Positions 52,801 through 64,000 of a stretch of DNA of 64,000 bases are shown here, piece after piece. Positions within the stretch are counted from its first letter, which is position 1, and every line of letters begins with the position of its first letter. The stretch comes from the human T2T-CHM13v2.0 reference genome, Homo sapiens. The translations under genes and the position numbers were made by a program. The notes below the pieces were generated by a model, which worked only from the letters and a program-made list of their open reading frames with translations, was not told the origin of the DNA and did no database searches. The stretch lies in assembly GCF_009914755.1 (NCBI RefSeq), contig NC_060925.1. One strand, 5' to 3'.

Positions 52801-55800
52801 CAACAAAAAGAGTGTTTCAAGTCTGCTCTGTGTAAAGGATCGTTCAACTCTGTGAGTTGAATACACACAACACAAGGAAGTTACTGAGAATTCTTCTGTC
52901 TGGCAGAATATGAAGAAATCCCGTTTCCAACGAAGGCCTCAAGGAGGTCTGAATATCCACTTGCAGACTTTACAAACAGAGTGTTTCCTAACAGCTCTAT
53001 GAACAGAAAGGTTAAACTCTGTGAGTTGAACGCACACATCACAAAGGAGTTTCTGAGAATCATTCTGTCTAGTTTCTATAGGAAGATATTTCCTATTCTA
53101 CCATTGACCTCAAAGCGGCTGAAATCTCCACTTGCAAATTCCTCAAAAAGAGTGTTTCAAGTCTGCTCTGTGTAAAGGATCGTTCAACTCTGTGAGTTGA
53201 ATACACACAACACAAGGAAGTTACTGAGAATTATTCTGTCTACCAGAATATGAAGAAATCCCGTTTCCAAAGAAAGCCTCAAGGAGGTCTGAATATCCAC
53301 TTGCAGACTTTACAAACAGAGTGTTTCCTAACTGCTCTATGAACAGAAAGGTTAAACTCTGTGAGTTGAACGTACACATCACAACGCAGTTTGTGGGAAT
53401 GATTCTGTCTAGTTTTGAAACGAAGATATTTCCTTTTGTGCCATTGACCTTAAAGCGCTTGAAATCTACACTTGCAAATTGCACAAATAGAGTGTTTCAA
53501 ATCTGCTCTGTCTAAGGGAACGTTCAACTCTGTGAGTTGAATGCACACAACACAAGGAAGTTACTGGGAATTCTTCTGTCTAGCCTTACATGAAAAAAAC
53601 CCGTTTCCAACGTAGGCCTCAAAGAGGTCTGAATATCCACTTGCAGACTTTACAAACAGAGTGTTTCCTAACTGCTCTATGAACAGAAAGGTTAAACTCT
53701 GTGAGTTGAACGCACACATCACAAAGGAGTTTCAGAGAATCGTTCTGTCTAGTTTCTATAGGAAGATATTTCCTATTCTACCATTGACCTCAAAGCGGCT
53801 GAAATCTCCACTTGCAAATTCCACAAAAAGACTGTTTCAAGTCTGCTCTGTGTAAAGGATCGTTCAACTCTGTGAGTTGAATACACACAACACAAGGAAG
53901 TTACTGAGAATTCTTCTGTCTAGCATAATATGAAGAAATCCCGTTTCCAACGAAGGCCTCAAAGAGGTCTGAATATCCACTTGCAGACTTTACAAACAGA
54001 CTGTTTCCTCACTGCTCTATGAAAAGAAAAGTTAAACTCTGTGAGTTGAACGCACACATCACAAAGGAGTTTCTGAGAATCATTCTGTCTAGTCTTTATA
54101 CGAAGATATTTCCTTTTCTACCATTGACCTCAAAGCGGCTGAAATCTCCACTTGCAAATTCCACAAAAAGAGTGTTTCAAGTCTGCTCTGTGTAAAGGAT
54201 CGTTCAACTCTGTGAGTTGAATACACACAAAACAAGGAAGTTACTGAGAATTCTTCTGTCTGGCAGAATATGAAGAAATCCCGTTTCCAACGAAGGCCTC
54301 AAGGAGGTCTGAATATCCACTTGCAGACTTTACAAACAGAGTGTTTCCTAACAGCTCTATGAACAGAAAGGTTAAACTCTGTGAGTTGAACGCACACATC
54401 ACAAAGGAGTTTCTGAGAATCATTCTGTCTAGTCTTTATACGAAGATATTTACTTTTCTACCATTGACCTCAAAGCGGCTGAAATCTCCACTTGCAAATT
54501 CCACAAAAAGAGTGTTTCAAGTCTGCTCTGTGTAAAGGATCATTCAACTCTGTGAGTTGAATATACACAACACAAGGAAGTTACTGAGAATTCTTCTGTC
54601 TAGCAGAATATGAAGAAATCCCTTTTCCAACGAAGACCTCAAAGAGGTCTGAATATCCACTTGCAGACTTTACAAACAGAGTGTTTCCTAACTGCTCTAT
54701 GAAAAGAAAGGTTAAACTCTGTGAGTTGAACGCACACATCACAAAGGAGTTTCTGAGAATCGTTCTGTCTAGTTTCTATAGGAAGATATTTCCTATTCTA
54801 CCATTGACCTCAAAGCGGCTGAAATCTCCACTTGCAAATTCCACAAAAAGAATGTTTCAAGTCTGCTCTGTGTAAAGGATCGTTCAACTCTGTGAGTTGA
54901 ATACACACAACACAAGGAAGTTACTGAGAATTCTTCTGTCTACCATAATATGAAGAAATCCCGTTTCCAACGAAGGCCTCAAAGAGGTCTGAATATCCAC
55001 TTGCAGACTTTACAAACAGAGTGTTTCCTAACTGCTCTATGAACAGAAAGGTTAAACTCTCTGAGTTGAACGCACACATCACAAAGGAGTTTCTGAGAAT
55101 CATTCTGTCTAGTCTTTATACGAAGATATTTCCTTTTCTACCATTGACCTCAAAGCGGCTGAAATCTCCACTTGCAAATTCCACAAAAAGAGTGTTTCAA
55201 GTCTGCTCTGTGTAAAGGATCGTTCAACTCTGTGAGTTGAATACACACAACACAAGGAAGTTACTGAGAATTCTTCTGTCTGGCAGAATATGAAGAAATC
55301 CCGTTTCCAACGAAGGCCTCAAGGAGGTCTGAATATCCACTTGCAGACTTTACAAACAGAGTGTTTCCTAACAGCTCTATGAACAGAAAGGTTAAACTCT
55401 GTGAGTTGAACGCACACATCACAAAGGAGTTTCTGAGAATCATTCTGTCTAGTCTTTATACGAAGATATTTACTTTTCTACCATTGACCTCAAAGCGGCT
55501 GAAATCTCCACTTGCAAATTCCACAAAAAGAGTGTTTCAAGTCTGCTCTGTGTAAAGGATCATTCAACTCTGTGAGTTGAATATACACAACACAAGGAAG
55601 TTACTGAGAATTCTTCTGTCTAGCAGAATATGAAGAAATCCCTTTTCCAACGAAGACCTCAAAGAGGTCTGAATATCCACTTGCAGACTTTACAAACAGA
55701 GTGTTTCCTAACTGCTCTATGAAAAGAAAGGTTAAACTCTGTGAGTTGAACGCACACATCACAAAGGAGTTTCTGAGAATCGTTCTGTCTAGTTTCTATA

Positions 55801-57015
55801 GGAAGATATTTCCTATTCTACCATTGACCTCAAAGCGGCTGAAATCTCCACTTGCAAATTCCACAAAAAGAATGTTTCAAGTCTGCTCTGTGTAAAGGAT
55901 CGTTCAACTCTGTGAGTTGAATACACACAACACAAGGAAGTTACTGAGAATTCTTCTGTCTACCATAATATGAAGAAATCCCGTTTCCAACGAAGGCCTC
56001 AAAGAGGTCTGAATATCCACTTGCAGACTTTACAAACAGAGTGTTTCCTAACTGCTCTATGAACAGAAAGGTTAAACTCTGTGAGTTGAACGCACACATC
56101 ACAAAGGAGTTTCTGAGAATCGTTCTGTCTAGTTTCTATAGGAAGATATTTCCTATTCTACCATTGACCTCAAAGCGGCTGAAATCTCCACTTGCAAATT
56201 CCACAAAAAGAGTGTTTCAAGTCTGCTCTGTGTAAAGGATCGTTCAACTCTGTGAGTTGAATACACACAACACAAGGAAGTTACTGAGAATTCTTCTGTC
56301 TAGCATAATATGAAGAAATCCCGTTTCCAACGAAGGCCTCAAAGAGGTCTGAATATCCACTTGCAGACTTTACAAACAGAGTGTTTCCTAACTGCTCTAT
56401 GAAAAGAAAAGTTAAACTCTGTGAGTTGAACGCACACATCACAAAGGAGTTTCTGAGAATCATTCTGTCTAGTCTTGATACGAAGATATTTCCTTTTCTA
56501 CCATTGACCTCAAAGCGGCTGAAATCTCCACTTGCAAATTCCACAAAAAGAGTGTTTCAAGTCTGCTCTGTGTAAAGGATCGTTCAACTCTGTGAGTTGA
56601 ATACACACAACACAAGGAAGTTACTGAGAATTCTTCTGTCTAGCAGAATATGAAGAAATCCCGTTTCCAACGAAGGCCTCAAGGAGGTCTGAATATCCAC
56701 TTGCAGACTTTACAAACAGAGTGTTTCCTAACTGCTCTATGAACAGAAAGGTTAAACTCTGTGAGTTGAACGCACACATCACAAAGGAGTTTCTGAGAAT
56801 CATTCTGTCTAGTCTTTATACGAAGATATTTACTTTTCTACCATTGACCTCAAAGCGGCTGAAATCTCCACTTGCAAATTCCACAAAAAGAGTGTTTCAA
56901 GTCTGCTCTGTGTAAAGGATCATTCCACTCTGTGAGTTGAATAAACACAACACAAGGAAGTTACTGAGAATTATTCTGTCTAGCAGAATATGAAGAAATC
57001 CCTTTTCCAACGAAG
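49821..57015 (-). repeat. Atypical sub-domain with no complete H, A, E or F dimer; 2380-bp and 1020-bp internal periodicity; many mutated CENP-B boxes
   Basis: The H-marker gap 49208 to 57364 is 8156 bp (24 dimers minus 4 bp). Private variants recur at 2380-bp and 1020-bp offsets. Confidence 0.85.
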
Positions 57016-57636
57016 GCCACAAGATGTCAGAATATCCACTTACAGACTTTACAGAGTGTTTCCTAACTGCTCTATGAACAGAAAGGTTAAACTCTGTGAG
57101 TTGAACGAACACATCACAACGCAGTTTGTGGGAATGATTCTGTCTAGTTTTGAAACGAAGATATTTCCTTTTCTGCCGTTGACCTTAAAGCGCTTGAAAT
57201 CTACACTTGCAAATTGCACAAATAGAGTGTTTCAAATCTGCTCTGTCTAAGGGAACGTTCAACTCTGTGAGTTGAATGCACACAACACAAGGAAGTTACT
57301 GGGAATTCTTCTGTCTAGCCTTACATGAAAAAAAACCCGTTTCCAACGAAGGCCTCTAAGTGGTCAAAATATCCACGTGCAGACTTTACAAACAGAGTGT
57401 TTCCAAACCGCTGAATGAAAAGAAAAGTTAAACTCTGAGAGTTGAATGCACACATCACACAGCAGTTTCTGAGAATGATTCTGTCTAGTTTTTATACGAA
57501 GATATTTCCTTTTCTGCCTTTGGCCCCAAAGCGCTTGAAATCTCCAATTGCAAATTCCACAAAAACAGTGTTTCAAATCTGCTCTCTCTAAATGAAAGTT
57601 CAACTCTGTCACTTGAATACACACAACAGAAGGAAG

Positions 57637-60600
57637 TTACTGAGAATTCTTCTGTCTAGCATAATATGAAGAAATCCCGTTTCCAACGAAGGCCTCAAAG
57701 GGGTCTGAATATCCACTTGCAGACTTTATATACAGAGTGTTTGCTAACTGCTCTAGGAAAAGAAAGGTTAAACTCTGTGAGTTGAACACACACATCACAA
57801 AGGAGTTTCTGAGAATCATTCTGTCTAGTTTCTATAAGAAGATATTTCCTATTCTACCATTGACCTCAAAGCGGCTGAAATCTCCACTTGCAAATTCGAC
57901 AAAAAGAGTGTTTCAAGCCTGCTCTCTGTAAAGGATCCTTCAACTCTGTGAGTTGAATACACACAACACAAGGAAGTTACTGAGAATTATTCTGTCTAGC
58001 ATAATATGAAGAAATCCCGTTTCCAACGAAGTCCTCAAAGAGGTCTGAATATCCACTTGCAGACTTTACAAACAGAGTGTTTCCTAACTGCTCTATGAGA
58101 AGAAAAGTTAAACTCTGTGAGTTGAACGCACACATCACAAAAGATTTTCTGAGAATCATTCTGTCTAGTCTTTATATGAAGATAGTTTCCTTTTCTACCA
58201 TTGACCTCAAAGCGGCTGAAATCTCCACTTGCAAATTCCACAAAAAGAGTGTTTCAAGTCTGCTCTGTGTAAAGGATCGTTCAACTCTGTGAGTTGAATA
58301 CACACAACACAAGGAAGTTACTGAGAATTCTTCTGTCTAGCAGAATATGAAGAAATCCCGTTTCCAACGAAGGCCACAAGATGTCAGAATATCCACTTAC
58401 AGACTTTACAAACAGAGTGTTTCCTAACTGCTCTATGAACAGAAAGGTTAAACTCTGTGAGTTGAACGAACACATCACAACGCAGTTTGTGGGAATGATT
58501 CTGTCTAGTTTTGAAACGAAGATATTTCCTTTTCTGCCGTTGACCTTAAAGCGCTTGAAATCTACACTTGCAAATTGCACAAATAGAGTGTTTCAAATCT
58601 GCTCTGTCTAAGGGAACGTTCAACTCTGTGAGTTGAATGCACACAACACAAGGAAGTTACTGGGAATTCTTCTGTCTAGCCTTACATGAAAAAAAACCCG
58701 TTTCCAACGAAGGCCTCTAAGTGGTCAAAATATCCACGTGCAGACTTTACAAACAGAGTGTTTCCAAACCGCTGAATGAAAAGAAAAGTTAAACTCTGAG
58801 AGTTGAACGCACACATCACGCAGCAGTTTCTGAGAATGATTCTGTCTAGTTTTTATACGAAGATATTTCCTTTTCTGCCTTTGGCCCCAAAGCGCTTGAA
58901 ATCTCCACTTGCAAATTCCACAAAAACAGTGTTTCAAATCTGCTCTCTCTAAATGAAAGTTCAACTCTGTCAGTTGAATACACACAACACAAGGAAGTTA
59001 CTGAGAATTCTTCTGTCTAGCATAATATGAAGAAATCCCGTTTCCAACGAAGGCCTCAAATGGGTCTGAATATCCACTTGCAGACTTTATAAACAGAGTG
59101 TTTACTAACTGCTCTATGAAAAGAAAGGTTGAACTCTGTGAGTTGAACACACACATCACAAAGGAGTTTCTGAGAATCATTCTGTCTAGTTTTTCTACGA
59201 AGATATTTCCTTTTCTACTATTGACCTCAAAGCGGCTGAAATCTCCACTTGCAAATTCTACAAATAGAGTGTTTCAAGTCTGCTCTGTGTAAAGGATCGT
59301 TCAACTCTGTGAGTTGAATACACATAACACAAGGAAGTTACTGAGAATTCTTCTGTCTAGCAGAATATGAAGAAATCCCGTTTCCAACGAAGACCTCAAA
59401 GAGGTCTGAATATCCACTTGCAGACTTTACAAACAGAGTGTTTCCTAACTGCTCTATGAAAAGAAAGGTTAAACTCTGTGAGTTGAACGCACACATCACA
59501 AAGGAGTTTCTGAGAATCGTTCTGTCTAGTTTCTATAGGAAGATATTTCCTATTCTACCATTGACCTCAAAGCGGCTGAAATCTCCACTTGCAAATTCCA
59601 CAAAAAGAATGTTTCAAGTCTGCTCTGTGTAAAGGATCGTTCAACTCTGTGAGTTGAATACACACAACACAAGGAAGTTACTGAGAATTCTTCTGTCTAG
59701 CATAATATGAAGAAATCCCGTTTCCAACGAAGGCCTCAAAGAGGTCTGAATATCCACTTGCAGACTTTACAAACAGAGTGTTTCCTAACTGCTCTATGAA
59801 CAGAAAGGTTAAACTCTGTGAGTTGAACGCACACATCACAAAGGAGTTTCTGAGAATCGTTCTGTCTAGTTTCTATAGGAAGATATTTCCTATTCTACCA
59901 TTGACCTCAAAGCGGCTGAAATCTCCACTTGCAAATTCCACAAAAAGAGTGTTTCAAGTCTGCTCTGTGTAAAGGATCGTTCATCTCTGTGAGTTGAATA
60001 CACACAACACAAGGAAGTTACTGAGAATTCTTCTGTCTAGCATAATATGAAGAAATCCCGTTTCCAACGAAGGCCTCAAAGAGGTCTGAATATCCACTTG
60101 CAGACTTTACAAACAGAGTGTTTCCTAACTGCTCTATGAAAAGAAAAGTTAAACTCTGTGAGTTGAACGCACACATCACAAAGGAGTTTATGAGAATCAT
60201 TCTGTCTAGTCTTTATACGAAGATATTTCCTTTTCTACCATTGACCTCAAAGCGGCTGAAATCTCCACTTGCAAATTCCACAAAAAGAGTGTTTCAAGTC
60301 TGCTCTGTGTAAAGGATCGTTCAACTCTGTGAGTTGAATACACACAACACAAGGAAGTTACTGAGAATTATTCTGTCTAGCAGAATATGAAGAAATCCCG
60401 TTTCCAACGAAGGCCTCAAGGAGGTCTGAATATCCACTTGCAGACTTTACAAACAGAGTGTTTCCTAACTGCTCTATGAACAGAAAGGTTAAACTCTGTG
60501 AGTTGAACGAACACATCACAACGCAGTTTGTGGGAATGATTCTGTCTAGTTTTGAAACGAAGATATTTCCTTTTCTGCCATTGACCTTAAAGCGCTTGAA

Positions 60601-63600
60601 ATCTACACTTGCAAATTGCACAAATAGAGTGTTTCAAATCTGCTCTGTCTAAGGGAACGTTCAACTCTGTGAGTTGAATGCACACAACACAAGGAAGTTA
60701 CTGGGAATTCTTCTGTCTAGCCTTACATGAAAAAAAACCCGTTTCCAACGAAGGCCACTAAGTGGTCAAAATATCCACGTGCAGACTTTACAAACAGAGT
60801 GTTTCCAAACCGCTGAATGAAAAGAAAAGTTAAACTCTGAGAGTTGAACGCACACATCACGCAGCAGTTTCTGAGAATGATTCTGTCTAGTTTTTATACG
60901 AAGATATTTCCTTTTCTGCCCTTGGCCCCAAAGCGCTTGAAATCTCCACTTGCAAATTCCACAAAAACAGTGTTTCAAATCTGCTCTCTCTAAATGAAAG
61001 TTCAACTCTGTCAGTTGAATACACACAACACAAGGAAGTTACTGAGAATTCTTCTGTCTAGCATCATATGAAGAAATCCCGTTTCCAACGAAGGCCTCAA
61101 AGGGGTCTGAATATCCACTTGGAGACTTTATAAACAGAGTGTTTACTAACTGCTCTATGAAAAGAAAGGTTAAACTCTGTGAGTTGAACACACACATCAC
61201 AAAGGAGTTTCTGAGAATCATTCTGCCTAGTTTTTCTACGAAGATATTTCCTTTTCTACAATTGACCTCAAAGCGGCTGAAATCTCCACTTGCAAATTCC
61301 ACAAAAAGAGTGTTTCAAGTCTGCTCTGTGTAAAGGATCGTTCAACTCTGTGAGTTGAATACACACAACACAAGGAAGTTACTGAGAATTCTTCTGTCTA
61401 GCAGAATATGAAGAAATACCGTTTCCACCGAAGGCCTCAAGGAGGTCTGAATATCCACTTGCAGACTTTACAAACAGAGTGTTTCCTAACTGCTCTATGA
61501 ACAGAAAGGTTAAACTCTGTGAGTTGAACGCACACATCACAAAGGAGTTTCTGAGAATCATTCTGTCTAATCTTTATACGTAGATATTTCCTTTTCTACT
61601 ATTGACCTCAAAGCGGCTGAAATCTCCACTTGCAAATTCCACAAAAAGAGTGTTTCAAGTCTGCTCTGTGTAAAGGATCGTTCAACTCTGTGAGTTGAAT
61701 ACACACAACACAAGGAAGTTACTGAGAATTCTTCTGTCTAGCAGAATATGAAGAAATCCCGTTTCCAACGAAGGCCACAAGATGTCAGAATATCCACTTA
61801 CAGACTTTACAGAGTGTTTCCTAACTGCTCTATGAACAGAAAGGTTAAACTCTGTGAGTTGAACGAACACATCACAACGCAGTTTGTGGGAATGATTCTG
61901 TCTAGTTTTGAAACGAAGATATTTCCTTTTCTGCCATTGACCTTAAAGCGCTTGAAATCTACACTTGCAAATTGCACAAATAGAGTGTTTCAAATCTGCT
62001 CTGTCTAAGGGAACGTTCAACTCTGTGAGTTGAATGCACACAACACAAGGAAGTTACTGGGAATTCTTCTGTCTAGCCTTACATGAAAAAAACCCGTTTC
62101 CAACGAAGGCCTCTAAGTGGTCAAAATATCCACGTGCAGTCTTTACAAACAGAGTGTTTCCAAACCGCTGAATGAAAAGAAAAGTTAAACTCTGAGAGTT
62201 GAACGCACACATCACGCAGCAGTTTCTGAGAATGATTCTGTCTAGTTTTTATACAAAGATATTTCCTTTTCTGCCTTTGGCCCCAAAGCGCTTGAAATCT
62301 CCACTTGCAAATTCCACAAAAACAGTGTTTCAAATCTGCTCTCTCTAAATGAAAGTTCAACTCTGTCAGTTGAATACACACAACACAAGGAAGTTACTGA
62401 GAATTCTTCTGTCTAGCATAATATGAAGAAATCCCGTTTCCAACGAAGGCCTCAAAGGGGTCTGAATATCCACTTGCAGACTTTATAAACAGAGTGTTTA
62501 CTAACTGCTCTAGGAAAAGAAAGGTTAAACTCTGTGAGTTGAACACACACATCACAAAGGAGTTTCTGAGAATCATTCTGTCTAGTTTTTCTACGAAGAT
62601 ATTTCCTTTTCTACTATTGACCCCAAAGCGACTGAAATCTCCACTTGCAAATTCCACAAAAAGAGTGTTTCAAGTCTGCTCTGTGTAAAGGATCGTTCAA
62701 CTCTGTGAGTTGAATACACACAACACAAGGAAGTTAGTGAGAATTCTTCTGTCTAGCAGAATATGAAGAAATCCCGTTTCCAACGAAGGCCTCAAAGAGG
62801 TCTGAATATCCACTTGCAGACTTTACAAACAGAGTGTTTCCTAACTGCTCTATGAAAAGAAAGGTTAAACTCTGTGAGTTGAACGCACACATCACAAAGG
62901 AGTTTCTGAGAATCGTTCTGTCTAGTTTCTATAGGAAGATATTTCCTATTCTACCATTGACCTCAAAGCGGCTGAAATCTCCACTTGCAAATTCCACAAA
63001 AAGAGTGTTTCAAGTCTGCTCTGTGTAAAGGATCGTTCAACTCTGTGAGTTGAATACACACAACACAAGGAAGTTACTGAGAATTATTCTGTCTAGCATA
63101 ATATGAAGAAATCCCGTTTCCAACGAAGGCCTCAAAGAGGTCTGAATATCCACTTGCAGACTTTACAAACAGAGTGTTTCCTAACTGCTCTATGAAAAGA
63201 AAAGTTAAACTCTGTGATTTGAACGCACACATCACAAAGGAGTTTATGAGAATCATTCTGTCTATTCTTTATACGAAGATATTTCCTTTTCTACCATTGA
63301 CCTCAAAGCGGCTGTAATCTCCACTTGCAAATTCCACAAAAAGTGTGTTTCAAGTCTGCTCTGTGTAAAGGATCGTTCAACTCTGTGAGTTGAATACACA
63401 CAACACAAAGAAGTTACTGAGAATTCTTCTGTCTAGCAGAATATGAAGAAATCCGGTTTCCAACGAAGGCCTCAAGGAGGTCTGAATATCCACTTGCAGA
63501 CTTTACAAACAGAGTGTTTCCTAACTGCTCTATGAACAGAAAGGTTAAACTCTGTGAGTTGAACGCACACATCACAAAGGAGTTTCTGAGAATCATTCTG

Positions 63601-64000
63601 TCTAGTTTTTCTACGAAGATATTTCCTTTTCTACTATTGACCCCAAAGCGACTGAAATCTCCACTTGCAAATTCCACAAAAAGAGTGTTTCAAGTCTGCT
63701 CTGTGTAAAGGATCGTTCAACTCTGTGAGTTGAATACACACAACACAAGGAAGTTAGTGAGAATTCTTCTGTCTAGCAGAATATGAAGAAATCCCGTTTC
63801 CAACGAAGGCCTCAAAGAGGTCTGAATATCCACTTGCAGACTTTACAAACAGAGTGTTTCCTAACTGCTCTATGAACAGAAAGGTTAAACTCTGTGAGTT
63901 GAACGCACACATCACAAAGGAGTTTCTGAGAATCATTCTGTCTAGTCTTTATACGAAGATATTTACTTTTCTACCATTGACCTCAAAGCGGCTGAAATCT
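57637..64000 (-). repeat. Return to short G-H-containing variants (8-mer, 12-mer, 8-mer), then a partial unit with a 1020-bp internal duplication
   Basis: H markers at 57364, 58725, 60766 and 62121 give spacings of 1361, 2041 and 1355 bp. Confidence 0.8.

Larger units (their letters stand above)
1..64000 (-). repeat. Centromeric alpha-satellite higher-order repeat array, SF1 (J1/J2) 340-bp dimer based; probably the live chr1/5/19 array (D1Z7/D5Z2/D19Z3; S1C1/5/19H1L)
   Basis: Continuous 340-bp periodicity (pseudo-ORF starts 287, 627, 967, 1307...). The reverse complement reads as the alpha consensus (GATTCTCAGAAACTCCTTTGTGATGTGTGCGTTCAACTCACAGAGTT...). There is a CENP-B box in every second monomer and an EcoRI site about every 340 bp (e.g. 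GAATTC 194-199). The alpha-satellite call is essentially certain; the subfamily call is from recalled consensus, not a database search. Confidence 0.97.

Noticed and set aside
287-63936. Hundreds of 60-105 aa ORFs (MFPNCSMKRK..., MILRNSFVMC..., MCIQLTELNF...)
   Set aside because: They are translations of the satellite. They recur every 340 bp on both strands, many start at GTG or TTG, they are broken freely by stops and frameshifts, and they have no recognisable domain. I used them only as subtype markers.
1-64000. CRISPR-like or other repeat-spacer array
   Set aside because: There are no unique spacers; the whole unit is repeated and there are no cas-like ORFs.
1-64000. L1, Alu or other insertion, or an inversion
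   Set aside because: The 340-bp register and strand orientation continue unbroken. I saw no foreign sequence, poly-A tail or target-site duplication, and the largest indel is 4 bp.
1-64000. Assignment to a specific chromosome or to the CENP-A/hypomethylated core
   Set aside because: Chromosomes 1, 5 and 19 share this repeat family, and chromatin state is not readable from sequence; mapping and epigenomic data are needed.

Overview
The whole 64 kb is one uninterrupted, single-orientation array of primate (human-type) centromeric alpha satellite. It has about 376 monomers of ~170 bp, arranged as about 188 dimers of 340 bp. Each dimer has one CENP-B-box monomer (box on the minus strand) and one A-type monomer without the box. 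The sequence matches what I recall of the suprachromosomal family 1 (J1/J2) dimer shared by the chromosome 1/5/19 live arrays (D1Z7/D5Z2/D19Z3, S1C1/5/19H1L); I cannot assign the chromosome from sequence alone. I see no genes, RNA genes, transposons, CRISPR arrays or inversions, and the ORF track is an artefact of the repeat. By eye the dimers fall into eight subtypes (my labels A-H) that form a 16-mer (2720 bp) higher-order unit with many 8-22-mer variants. The notable signals concern satellite evolution: (1) a ~7 kb sub-domain (50.2-57.0 kb) where 9 of 21 CENP-B boxes carry core mutations and a new 14-mer/6-mer periodicity appears; (2) several recent tandem duplications; (3) long-range sister copies; (4) a conversion-like micro-tract of at most 42 bp; (5) mosaic monomers and clusters of private mutations. 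I found no support for a new protein-coding system. All variant calls were read by eye and should be confirmed by alignment.
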